Positions 33,801 through 46,861 of a stretch of DNA of 64,000 bases are shown piece by piece; the stretch's first letter is position 1; every line of letters begins with the position of its first letter. The notes under the pieces were generated by a model. It made no database searches. It saw only the letters and a list, made by a program, of their open reading frames with translations, and was not told where the DNA came from. The translations under genes and the position numbers were made by a program. Origin of the DNA: Geosiphon pyriformis uo1 (taxonomy: Eukaryota > Fungi > Glomeromycota); assembly GCA_016748015.1 (NCBI GenBank), contig JAAOMT010000441.1:434001-498000 (forward strand), written 5' to 3'.

Positions 33801-36193
33801 CTTTATCACTACCCTCATGATGCCGAGATGATTTTCGACTTAGCAATGGCATTAATTAATGGAGCTACCAAAAAAGATGTTCATCAAATGAAGGAAGCAG
33901 AATACATTGAATACACTATGGAATTAGCTGGATTCAATTACGAAGATGAAGTAGAAGTCTACCACCAAATTGCAAGTCACACCTACCCAACTCAAGAAGC
34001 TCAAATTCAATGATTAGAGCAAATGAACATTAGGCTATGTGAAGAATGCATTATGCCTTGCAATAAACAATGGTGTTCTGAATGCTATGCTCTTAGTATC
34101 CCTTTGCCCAGCGAAAATGATGAGAATGAAATTGAATTCAGAGAACCTGAAGAAATGGAAGAAATTGAAACAACACCCATCTACCTTATTGAAAATCAGC
34201 CTGCCTTACAACTTAAATACTTCAACAACAACGGACAAGGAATAAAACCTGAAAAAACACACGAAATTGATGCTGAATATGACCTAAGATATTCAGGCAA
34301 GGATACTCTTGTTCTCAAACCCAAATCTCTCACAAAAATTAACCTCAAAATTGCATTCGAAATCCTGCCAGGAGCAATGATTCAAATTGCCTCCCAGTCC
34401 TCTCTGGCAAGCAAAGAAATCAATGTTAGAGGAGGAATAATTGATGCTGGATATACTGGAGACATAACAGTGATGCTTCAAAATGAAACTGACAAACCAT
34501 TCAAGATCAAACATGCTGAGAAAATTGCCCAAGCTATTTACCTATCCTTAATCAACATTTCGGGTTTGCAACTAGTCAATCAAAGAGAACAATTAGGAAA
34601 AAGCGATAGAGGAACCCAAGATTTTGGTTCAACTGGACGATTCACAGTTCCAGTTAATATAGCTCTTAACACACAGAACAAATCCCACCAGATTCTCAGA
34701 CTTTCACAACCAATTACCATCTCACCCTTTGGAGAACATCCGGAAATCTACACTTGCACAAAGCCAACAACCACACAACAAATTTTTGAGTCCAATGAAC
34801 AAGTCTGCTTGGAACATAATATTTTGATCCCAAACATTTATATTCCAGAAGGAACAAAGAAAGTCCAAGTTACTTTTTACAACCCCAATAATTACCCCAT
34901 AATTTTATTAAATAATTTAGANNNNNNNNNNNNNNNNNNNNNNNNNNNNNNNNNNNNNNNNNNNNNNNNNNNNNNNNNNNNNNNNNNNNNNNNNNNNNNN
35001 NNNNNNNNNNNNNNNNNNNNNNNNNNNNNNNNNNNNNNNNNNNNNNNNNNNNNNNNNNNNNNNNNNNNNNNNNNNNNNNNNNNNNNNNNNNNNNNNNNNN
35101 NNNNNNNNNNNNNNNNNNNNNNNNNNNNNNNNNNNNNNNNNNNNNNNNNNNNNNNNNNNNNNNNNNNNNNNNNNNNNNNNNNNNNNNNNNNNNNNNNNNN
35201 NNNNNNNNNNNNNNNNNNNNNNNNNNNNNNNNNNNNNNNNNNNNNNNNNNNNNNNNNNNNNNNNNNNNNNNNNNNNNNNNNNNNNNNNNNNNNNNNNNNN
35301 NNNNNNNNNNNNNNNNNNNNNNNNNNNNNNNNNNNNNNNNNNNNNNNNNNNNNNNNNNNNNNNNNNNNNNNNNNNNNNNNNNNNNNNNNNNNNNNNNNNN
35401 NNNNNNNNNNNNNNNNNNNNNNNNNNNNNNNNNNNNNNNNNNNNNNNNNNNNNNNNNNNNNNNNNNNNNNNNNNNNNNNNNNNNNNNNNNNNNNNGCTAC
35501 TTCAGAAAAACAAGTTTAGCTTTTCTTGGTCACATTGTTAGCAAAGATGGAATTAAACCAGACCCCGGAAAAATCAGTACTGTCAAGAACTTCAAGACTT
35601 CACAAAATACCACAGAATTAAGAAGATTTATTGGATTAGCATCCTATTACCGAAAATTCATCAAAAGATTCTCAGAAATTGCAAAACCCCTCAACCAGCT
35701 CACTACTAAAAATGTCGAATACAAATGGACAGAAGAACACCAAAATGCCTTCGAGATACTTAAGGAAAAACTCACAACAGCTCCAATTCTTGCCTATCCA
35801 GATTTCAGCAACTGATTCCAGTTAGCAACTGACACCTTTTATACTGCATTTGGTGTCATTCTATTATAGTTAGATGACAATGGAAATGAGCGAATAATTG
35901 CTTATGCTAGTAGAACATTAAAGTCAGCCGAAAAGAACTACCCCGCAACAGAATTAGAAACCACAACAGTAATTTGGGCCCTACATCACTTCAACCTTTA
36001 CCTCAGACCCAAAGAATTTGATATTATCACTGATAATATTGGACTTAAATGGCTTCAAAACAAAAACACCCAGCTAAATACAAAACAAACCTGATGAACA
36101 GGATTTTTAGCTAATTACCAATACATCATACACTACAAACCAGGAAAACTCCACACCAACGTTGATTGTCTCTCAAGGATGAGGCAAGATTAA
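30858..36193 (+). pseudogene. gag-pol of copy 2 (gag to dUTPase in one frame; RT partly in the N gap)
   Basis: ORFs 30858, 33048 and 34023 share a frame. CHYCEISGHWKRDC, LILDSGSAGS, GGIIDAGYTG. RNase H ends RMRQD-TAA at 36191-36193. Confidence 0.92.
34922..35496. other. Assembly gap (575 N) within RT of copy 2
   Basis: Run of N; the corresponding stretch of copy 1 is ~855 bp. Confidence 0.95.
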
Positions 36194-36242
36194 AAAACAA
36201 AACCAACACCCATTTGAATTAACAGCATCAAAACAACAAACA

Positions 36243-37628
36243 ATGAACCCCGAAAACTACAACAATTTCAAACAATATTTGAAGACATTAACAATCCCAA
36301 CAGATTGGTTCCCAGATAAAAAACATTGGTTACAACAACAAGCCAAACAATATTTTCTACACAACAACATTATCTATCATCGAAATTTCAAAAACCCAAC
36401 CAAACCACTCAGATTAATACAAAAACAAAAAAAAGAGACCATTTTATACAATATGCACTCAGATCCTTCATCAGCACACTTCGAAAAAGATAGCACTACC
36501 CAAAGAACACTAGAATACTACTTTTGGCCTTGAATGAAAAAAGACATTCACAAATATGTCGAATCTTGTGATAGTTGTCAAAGAAGAAAAGGAACTCGCC
36601 CTACAGAATCTTTAAATCCAATCAAAGTTGGACAGCCTTTTAACAGAGTTGGTATCAATTTAGTTGGACCACTATCTATTACCACTCAAGGAAACCGTTA
36701 TATTGCAGTAGCTATAGATTATCTTACTAAATGGCCTGAAGCCAGAGCCATTCAACGAGCAGATGCAAAATCAGTAGTAAATTTCATCTACGAAGACATC
36801 ATTTGTAGACATAGATGTCCAATTGAACTTTTATCTGATCAGGGAACACACTTTGTGAACAACCTGATACAAGAAATTTGTGAACAATTCAATGTCAAAA
36901 GACCTTTGTCTTCGCCCTACCATCCACAAACAAATGGACTTGTAGAACATTTTAACAGAACATTGTGTGAGTCATTAGCCAAAGTCTCAACCGATTTTGA
37001 GCAAGAATGGGATCTCTTTATTCCATCAGTGTTACTAGCATATAGGACATTAAAACAAAATACCACGAAACACACACCATTTGATTTAACTTATGGAAGG
37101 ATGGCAACATTACCAATTAGTTTCACAGTGGAAACATACCCAGCACAACCGATCGATAAAAACAATTTCCAAGAAATGCTTCAGCGAAGAGCCTATACTC
37201 TGCTTAGCACATTGAAAGGAAAACAACAAATAGCAGCCACTCATATTGAACACTCTCAAGCTCAACAAAAAGAATGGCATGATGACAAATTGCTTTCAGT
37301 CACCAATAAATTCAAAATTAGAAACAAAGTTCTCTTATACAGAACTAAAGCTGAAAAACAATGGAGTGGAAAATTTGAAAATAAATGGGATGGACCATTC
37401 TTTATCCATGAAGTCCTAGGCAATGGATCATATAAGCTAAGACTTGATGACAAAATCCTAGCAAAAGTTGCACATGGAGATCGTTTGAAACACTATCATT
37501 CCAGAAACAATCCTAAACCATTAATTCCACAAATTGGTACACATTCCTTTTTGATCAGTCCCGAAGATATTCCCTGAAACTTAGAACCAATAGTTGTCAT
37601 TGAACAACCTTCCAATCTGAACACTTAA
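36243..37628 (+). pseudogene. Integrase ORF of copy 2 with its own ATG
   Basis: MNPENYNNFKQYL..., HHCC, DDE core, WSGKFENKWDGPF; two internal TGA stops. Confidence 0.92.
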
Positions 37629-37742
37629 TTTAATTTTACTAGTTATTCTCTTATAATTTAGAACAATCTCACAAAAACAAAACAAAAATAACATAAAAAC
37701 CCATAAACCAAAAATAAATTTTTATTTTTTCAAGTGCTTATA

Positions 37743-38462
37743 ATGACTATTTCTTAAAACATTCAACAATTATCCCAAAAACTAATGTTAGCTTTAAAAA
37801 CAATACACAAATTATTCATTACTGTTACTGGAAACCACATAAATTATACCTAAACAGAAGTAGTTACAAATTTAGCCCCAAATTCATGAAAATATCACCC
37901 GTATAAAAAGAACACAAGAAGTTATACTGGAATTCACCTGCCAGAACTTTTAAAGCTTGCTTTAAGAGAAAACCTAATGCTCACTCCGATTAGTATCCCA
38001 CCAAATGCTACAAGTCAACAAAAACTTCAACTGTGTCTCAATGAAGAAAACACTGAATATCCTTCAATCTATAGATATTTTCACATTGGAAAAACACTCT
38101 ACGAACGGAAACTGGAACTTACAACAGCAAACCTCACAAAAGAAGCTATTCAGAAACAACTCCACAACAAATTCAAGACAACAGCTGGATCAACAAACAG
38201 TCACTATAGGCTTAGAACTGCTCTTAGACTTTATGACCTATTCCACACCTGTGAAAACGTACTACAAAACCCAATTTTTCAACCTTTGAAGATCCAATAC
38301 ATTGGAAAGCTTACAGAACTGAAATTTCAACAATTTTCAGACCAAATTTCTTCAATAATTTTGGATTATTATCTGGAAATAACAGACAGTACTTGGACTT
38401 CGACAGAGCTTAGTCTTGAGAAGGAAGTTATGTTACCAGACAAAATTAGAGATATTATTTAG
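37743..38462 (+). pseudogene. Accessory ORF3 of copy 2
   Basis: Colinear with 24417-25136; three C>T nonsense changes in the 5' third. Confidence 0.8.
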
Positions 38463-39412
38463 CATGAAATTATCTTATAATTCCTATTATTAATTAGCAT
38501 ATATTATCATTTCAAATGATCACTTATTACATTAGCAAAAATGTCCGAAATTATCATTTAATTAATAACCCAAATTGTACACAACACAAATGTAATCTAA
38601 TTGTGATGATCAATCATGCAATACCCCAAACTATGTAACATTCAAAAGTTCGCTGAAATTTATAGAAATTTGCCAAAATAATTGATAGTTCACCGAAATA
38701 TCTAATAGTTTGCAGAAATAACTTGTAGTTTACCGAAATGTATCTTTAGTTCAGTGAAATTGTAGAAAATAGCAAAGTTCAAGTTTATAGAATAGTGTTA
38801 TGACAAGTTGTATAAAAGAAGAGCTTCTCTTTTCGAGAAAATGTATCTTACTTTAGATTTATCTTTTAAAACCATTCCTATACACACAAAAAAAAATAAA
38901 TATCAAATAATTCAAAAAACTAAATTCTTTAATTATTGTACTTGGAAAATTCCCAAAACCCAACTAACATTTCGAAATTGATTAGCTACCAATTTCAGTA
39001 AACTGTTAGTGATTCCAGGCCTGGATAGAAAACGTTTTCCTTGATAAAATTCTATTTCTTTTACACTTCTTTTATTTTTCTTTTTTTTTCTTATTACAAT
39101 TATTAGGGTAGCCTACAGACGAGATTTCTGTAGAAGAGTTGACTTTCATAGCAAAGTAACTACACATTTTTAGTAAGCTTCCAGACAAACAATTCCTGGG
39201 AAAGAGTTGACATTTACTACAACGTAACTACATAAAGTAACTGGCAAGGAATTGGCCATTCTACATATAAGCCCAGCAAGTTCAAATTATAGAAGATAAT
39301 TTGAAGATAAATTCAGTTACTGGAGGTTCAACCACATCCAGAAAACGTGAATTCACAGCAAATAAGTATTAACAACATTACAGAAAAGAGACCAAAAAAA
39401 CCTCTGGTAACA
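38431..39412 (+). repeat. 3' LTR of copy 2
   Basis: TGTTACCAGA...TCTGGTAACA. Confidence 0.96.
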
Positions 39413-42400
39413 ATGCTAATATTATATTAATATCTACTTTTTATTTAAAAATACTACAACTTGTTTATCTAACAAAGCAGAAACATGTCTATAAGATTTA
39501 TACTTCTTAACAATTTTAAATGTATTAGATTTATTGTAGCCAAAACTATATGCAGAAATATAATGAAAAGTCTTTTATAAATAGGCTCAAACATACTTAA
39601 TAGAAATATTATTCAGAATTTTTAAAACTCTTTTTTCTAATAAGACAAATTTGTAGTCATAACTTGTTCAAGCTTCTTATTTTATCTTTCTTCAAATTTG
39701 CTCAATAAAATTACATTCACAATAGAACTTAAAATATAACAAAAACCCATGTTTACTAATTGTTTTTATGATTTGTTGCAATTGTATTTTCTCAGCCAAA
39801 AAGTCTGGTTGACTTGTAATATAATATTGAGTACAGCATACTAAAAAAATATTAATTTCAGATAAAATAAGTAGTGTTTCAGTTTTATTATAATCATAAT
39901 TGTTATCTGAATTCTTATCTTTTTTGGATTGTTTTTTTGTATATATAAGACACAGACTATTAATTTACAAATTTCATTTTTGTAAGATATGACACAATTT
40001 TTTTGGCTTATTATTTTTATTTTGCATATTTTGGCTAATCTTTATTTTATCTTGAATAAATTATGTTATATAGTATTTTTGTTGTTTGTTTTTTCTTTTA
40101 AAATTCAGTTTTGTTAAAATTAAAGCATTATTTACATAGATATTATGATTGAATAATTAATTAAAGCAAAATATTTTTTTACAGTTAAGATAAAAATATT
40201 TAAAAAGGCAAATTACTTTTTATACTAATTAGTTAATTATATTATTACTTTTCTATTAGCTATCTCAGAATATTCTTAACTTGATAATAACTCTAGTTTT
40301 TGTTGGAAGATTTAGTTTTTTGCTATTATTATTACTAATATGTAATGCTTTATAACAAAAACACATAAAATTAAAGACTATTAAATTTTAACTCTTACTT
40401 TTTTTCTTAATGCATGTTTTTTTTTTATAAGCCATATATTGGGTTGATTATTAAAAGCATAAAAATATGTTTTATTATAAGTAACTAGAATATGTTCTAT
40501 AAAGTCAAAAAATATATTTAAAATTGGTAATATTATTAATTTTTCATTTTCTGGTTCAAATAATTTCATAAAATAAGTATATTATATTATTTTTGTTGTA
40601 AATATTTGGTAATATATTATAACATTCTCTTATTTATATTCATCATAATAAATGTTTTGTCTATCTTTACAAAATATATAATTTTATTTTACATATATCA
40701 AATTATAGTAAATTCTAAAACATAATAATTATTAATATTAAAGTATTGTGAAATAACCTTATTATAAAGAAAGATTTATAACAATAATACTTTTTAGTTC
40801 TTAAATTTTGTATTGTGAAGTTATTTTAAGCATGTTTTTTTAATATTTTTATTTATAAGCAATAAAATATGCTTGTTTTAAAATCTTGAAAAAAGTTAAT
40901 TATAAAAAAAAAAGTAGTTTGCTTATTTATATAAACAATGAGCAGTCTATTTATTTTCCAGATTTTTTTGTTTTTCAAAAACAGAAAGTACAATATAACT
41001 GCTACTTTTAACTTTGGTTTTTCCATTTAATATATATATAAAGTATAAAATTAAGTACTGCATACAAAAATAATCAAAAGTGCTTAAGAATAAAACTTAA
41101 CATTTTTATTCATTATATAAAATACTAAGTTTTTTTTGCAAAAAACAAAGCTTTTTTTTTATATTACAGTTAGCTTCATTTTTTTTCTTTATAATTGCTA
41201 TTTAATTCTGGTTTTTTGTTTTGATAGCAGATTATAAGAGCAAAAAAAGTGGTAATTGACTTGCATGTTTTTGCAATTTATATATGTTTCTTTTCTATTC
41301 TTTTTTTGCACTTTAAACTGCTTTGAAATTTACTTATATATATCTTTCTTAGATAATATCCAGCTGAATTTTTTTATTTTAAGAGTTTTTGTTTATTCTT
41401 ATAAATTAAAAAATCAAGTTTTGTATTTGAAATTATATTTTTATTTTCACCTAGTTGTAATATTGCTTTTACTTTTAATTTTTTTTGTCTTTTTTTCATA
41501 TTTTGATCTTTTTTATTTTTAATCAAATAAATAAAAATAATTAGCACATAAATATAAAATTATACAAAAAGAAATGTTAATATATACATACAAATAAGAC
41601 ATTTTGTATTTAAAAAGCTATTGATATGAAAAAAAAATAAAACTATTATATTACTTAAAGTATGTACAGTATACATCTATATTTTTGAGCAATTACACAA
41701 GATAATATACACATGACCTTCTCATATAATTTGTAGTAAGAGGTCCAATTTGTTTATAAGCTATATAAAAGAAAATAATTTTAAAATACTATAATTCTAT
41801 CAATACTTGTTCAATTATTAAAAGGGAAAACAAGTTTTAATCCTTAAAAGCAGCTTAAAAAAACTTGTTTTATAGTTTTTGTCTTCTTATACTGTATAAA
41901 ATGTTTTAGTATTTTGAATTCAGATCTTAAAATATGTGAGTTAAGATAATATGTACCATATATATTATAGAAATTTTTAACCAAAAAATACTTAAAACTT
42001 TTTAAGCAAAAAAATATTTTATTACAAAAAACTTGTATTAATTATATTTAAAATAATAATAATAATAAAGTTAATTTGGTGATAAAATATAATATAAAGT
42101 TCAAAACAAATTTTTAAAAAATTTTTAAATAATATGTTTAGTTTGGTTTAGTTTTTCAATAAAATTAAGCAATTTGAATAAAATTAAAAGTATTTGTAAC
42201 AATACAAAAAAACAATATTATTATTTGTAAAAGTATTGAATTAAATTTTATGGTTCTTAATTTAAATTTAAATGTAATAATAATTTTGGTTTAATTAAAG
42301 ATTTTATTATAAAACTATGAGTAGTTGATTTTGACAATACAGAACAAGAAAAGGTTGCGGTCGAAAAGTTTGAAAAACAAAATTGAAGTATCTTCTCATG

Positions 42401-43678
42401 GCACATTTCATGGTTCATTTCAAAGGTTTCAATCATCTTTTCTTTCAATTTCTGAGGAACTCTTACACTGAAAAAAAACTTGATTAAAGAATTAATTATT
42501 ATAAGTTCATTAAGAGAACGTAAGAAAAATCATATTTCCTTTTGGAATAAAAGGTAAAAAAGAAAAGTTTTAAAAAAAGGTTTGGTCTATTTCCTCAAGC
42601 AAAGGTGTGAATTATATATGAAAAGAAAGGAAAAAGGAAAGAAAGAAGGAATATAAACCAAACTCGCGAGAACTAAATTAAAGAAAACCATCCTGACCTT
42701 GACCTTTTTATTGATGATAACCATCAAGAAATTTTAGGAACAAAAAGAAACTTTTACTAAACGTTTTAGACAAAATATATTTATTTTCCAGATTTTAAAT
42801 TTCAATCGCCATCTCCAAAATCCTAATATTTATCATGTCAAGACTTGTGTTAGTGATTTAAAGAATAAAGACTTTTACAAAAGCTACTCATGGATATCGA
42901 GACTAAGGTAAAAAGAAGAGATAATAGCAAAATATGAAAGCAAGGAATAGTGGGTTATGCTTTTAATTCGCTTACTCTAATTATTTTATATGTGAAATAA
43001 AATCTTCGAGCTTGATACTTCGGGTGACGTAAAATATTCACTTTGCCTGATTTTGTTACAGCACGTCCCATATTGTATATTTCAAGTGTTTTAAAATTTA
43101 TGTTAAGTCTAATTTTTATAACTTATTATTAACTAAAAATACATAATCTGTAAAATAAAATAACACTTCTTAAATTTGAAATTTTAACAATGAAATAAAA
43201 ATATTAATACCAAAAAACACGGTACATATATTCCAAAAATGATGGTCAGAAACAGATCAATTAAATGAAAAAATAAAAAGTTTTATTAAACTTTTATCAC
43301 TTTAAAATTCTATAACACCTTTCAGGTATCAAGAACTTTTAATAAATCATTGTTTCAGATTTTGTAGCTTAAAAAAAAGATTAATCAAGAAAATTCTTGC
43401 TGACTCTGTGACTATGTGCTAAATTTTGTCATCTTTAAGCGTTTTTCGCTTCTGATTGAAAACGTAATTGACAATTTCGCCTCGAGATTATTTATAAAAA
43501 GGCTATCGATCCTCCAAATCCTGCTATATATCAATCACCTTTTATCCTGCAAAATAAACGTCTAGCGGCGAATTTGCCATATATTTATCCAATTAGAGTG
43601 ATTCATTTTAAATGAATTTCTAGAAGCTTCCCACATACCATCCGGGGATGCTTTTTACCAATTCTCGCCCACTCACAC

Positions 43679-45554
43679 TTATTTCAGACCGGCAGCTTCA
43701 CCGATTTTGCGAAGTTCTGTGAGGGGATCGTCAGGAATATGAGTTTGGGGATTAGTATTTGCTAATTGGGGATGCCCTTTTTCGTGCTTTTCGATGTCTT
43801 TATCCTCATGTTTATTAGACTTTGGGGACTGAGCTGTGCTTTGTTGGTCAATTGACGCTGTAGTGTGAGCAGGCTCTTCTTCGGTTGACTGACCCAATTT
43901 CAAATTGGCATTTTGTGCGGCTTCACTGTTGTCCGAGACAAAGGATGACGCGAGTTTACGGATTTGTGAACGGCTTTCGTCAACTTCATTAGTGAGCGAA
44001 GAATGTTTATTGGTCTCTGGAGTAAAAGTATTTGGTGACTTTTGACCTGTTACTCTCTCGGTTTCTTCTTCTATTCCCCTAGCCTTATTGTTACCTTCGC
44101 TTTTAGGCTGCTAGAGAAAAATATTGTAATTTTTGAAGTTTTAATGAACTATGGTGAATAGGGTACTTGGTGTTTTTGAATTATAACTTAAATTTACCAA
44201 TTCACCAACTTGGTCTTGAAACCCCTTGTAGAAAAATGCCGAGCTTGAATAGTCATGAAAGAAAAATCAAACGAGAATGAAATATTTCACGACTTACAAT
44301 GCCGGCGTTAAGTTTTTCCCCAATGCTTTGTGCACTTTCTTTTACTCTCTCGCCTTTTTCTTGGACGTTTTCTCTTGCCTTGGAACCTTCTTTTTCGACA
44401 GTTTTCTTCATTTGATTTCCTGTGTTACTTGCTTTTTCTTTGATCTGATTGACATTTTCTTGAGCACTTTCTTTCAACTCGCTTCCTTTTTCTTTGAAAT
44501 TTTCCTTCATATTTTGCATTTCCTCTGTGGCGTTACCCGTTAAATTTCTCGTCTTTTCTTTTGCCTCTCTAGCTTCTTCTTGGGCGCTTTTTTTCACATT
44601 TTGCGCCTTCTCTTTTGTAGTATCCGCCAAATTTTCCGCTTTTTCTTTGGCCTTATCTTTTATTTGCTTTCCTTTTTCCATCATATCATTTACAATCTCC
44701 TTCGGACTATCTAATTTAGAGGAAACCTTTTCTTTGGCTTCATTTGATTTCTGTTGTAAATTTTCTCTCGCATTAACACCTATTATAGCATCTGCTGATT
44801 GTCGAACTTTCTCTTTCACATAATCCACAGCCTGCTTTCCTCTAGTAGGAATGTCCTCAAATTCAGTTTCACCTTTCTCATGTCCTTTTCGGGGAGTGTT
44901 TTCATTTACGTGATTACCTTGATTTTCATTTAAATGACTACCTCCTTGCATTGATTCTTTAATTTGTCCTGCTTTTTCTTTTGCCTCTTCTTTTACCTCA
45001 CCGCTTTTCTCTTTAAGATACTGTCCACGTCCTTTTATTGATTTTGCAGCAGAAACCGACTGTGTATCTAGTCCCTCTGGACGCATTACCCTTGCTGCTG
45101 CGTCATATACTTTATGCTTTACATTTTCTACAAAGTTTTTTGCAGCATTCGCAGCCTCCTCAACTGTTGCTGGTAAAGAAACACCCGAAGTATGGCTGTC
45201 GTCAGCATTATCCGGCTGATTATTTCGCTGGGTAGGTGGTATATCGTCTTTGGTCAGATGCTCATGCGCTTTATTGATAGCGTGACCTTCAGTGAATGGC
45301 TTATCACGAGTGTACCCGACACCGAGCGGATTTTCATCTTTTGGTCCAAGTAGGTGAGGTGGGTCACGTGATCCTTCAGTATCTTTAACCTGTTTTTTTT
45401 GACCGATTGTTGTATAGAGTCGATTTGTGTAAGAACGCGTCAGAACGGTAATAGTGTTAATACGCGGAATACGATGTGAAGATAATCGTATGTGTAAATT
45501 TGATTGGAAGTGACGAGTCTGTCGAAGTGATGATAATAATAGGCGACTTTTCAT
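43679..45554 (-). CDS. LEA (group 3)-like hydrophilic repeat protein with predicted mitochondrial presequence, about 3 exons
   Basis: MKSRLLLSSLRQTRHFQSNLHIRLSSHRIPR (Arg/Ser/Leu-rich, no acidic residues), then 11-mer repeats such as AKEKAENLADT, TKEKAQNVKKS, FKEKGSELKES. GTAAGT donor at 44297; last exon 44110-43679. Confidence 0.7.
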
Positions 45555-46550
45555 TGTGATTTCAAGATTATTTAGCCCAAGTGAATTCAATGTAAGAAAA
45601 AAAGAAAGCATATAGATTTTATATAAATTTTTTTGGTGTTGTAAAAGAAACTTGGAAGCTGTGGCATCAATAATAATAATAATAATCATCATCATCATCA
45701 TCATTACTCATAACTTCATCATTTTTACAAAGCGGCATGATAAACTAACATAATAATAAGGGGAAATGCGGTAATGCAGCAAGAGTTGTGTGTGAAAAAT
45801 TCGTCATTATCATTTCACACTTTTTGCGAATCAGCCACCTGTTAGCCCAAATTCCGATTAGCAAGGAAAATGATTGGCACTATTTTAAAAGTTTTTGTTT
45901 TTGATGTCTTTTTTTTTTTTTTTTAAATAAATTTCTTCGATTGTCATTTCATCAGGTTGATTATTAGTTCAAGAATTGAAATAGCTCATGGGGCAAGAAA
46001 TTTGTTATTTAAGATTGGTTTTAGTATGCCGAAAAAAACTTTAGGCTTAACATTAATCATTGGAAAAATGATTATTTATTTTCTGAGTCATGATGCCAAA
46101 ATATCTTATAGTAGGACAGCGAAAAGGAATTGAAAAAAAGAATGGGTTAAACATATATACGATATAAATTTTAGGTTGTCATACAAATAATTCACCTTTC
46201 ACAAATAAACATGAAATTCTTGTATGACACATAGGCAAATACGAATTATAAACCTTAAATTAGATTACTGGAAAAAAACACTTGAAATGATTAAATTTGT
46301 TAAAAAAGTATCAAGACTTTCAAATGAGTCCCAATACTAAAAAGCAAAACCTTATATTCATTGATTCTATTTTGGAATATACAATTCCACTAGATATTAA
46401 TAAAAAGTGATGAAATAAAATAAGATTATTTCATTTCATCGATCAGATTCCATTTAAATTCCTAATCATCATGTTCAAATTCCATCGGTGACTTTCTATG
46501 TAGCAGAGGCTGAATTATCATAAATTTGAAAAATCTTCCATGATGATCAT

Positions 46551-46595
46551 AATAACAATAACAATAACAACAATAATAATAATAATAATAATAAC

Positions 46596-46627
<32 letters not shown>
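46551..46627. repeat. (AAT/AAC)n microsatellite
   Basis: About 25 trinucleotide units. Confidence 0.95.
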
Positions 46628-46861
46628 GTTATCTAACCGTTAAAATTCTAAACAATCCTTTTCCTAAAATGTGGAAATTATCAAAAATGCCTCACCAGAA
46701 AAGGAATAATAAATAGGTTACATTATTGCCCTTACTTTAGAACTGCTTGAATCACATTCTATCAATCAGGAATCTTCGCGACCTTAAACAAATATAAAGA
46801 GACGGCAAATCATTTAATTACTAAGATTTTCGAGGCCGATCGGATTCATCTAGTAAAAAGG

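Larger units (their letters stand above)
29829..39412 (+). mobile_element. Ty3/Gypsy LTR retrotransposon copy 2 (same family, different subfamily)
   Basis: LTRs 29829-30810 and 38431-39412 (982 bp each); TSD ATGC (29825-29828 / 39413-39416); same domain order as copy 1. Confidence 0.97.
29089..41958 (-). mobile_element. Tc1/IS630-like DNA transposon relic (~3.3 kb) interrupted by Gypsy copy 2
   Basis: 30-bp TIRs at 29089-29118 and 41929-41958 differ only by transitions, and each is flanked by TA. Decayed minus-strand transposase ~39480-41500: HILVT..K.YFYA...W...LRKK, SQPDF, KF.CECNFIEQ, KKYKS.R. Confidence 0.85.

Noticed and set aside
45555-45704. Poly-Met/poly-Ile N-terminus of the 483-aa ORF
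   Set aside because: It derives from an (ATG/ATT)n microsatellite upstream; the plausible start is MKSRLL at 45554.
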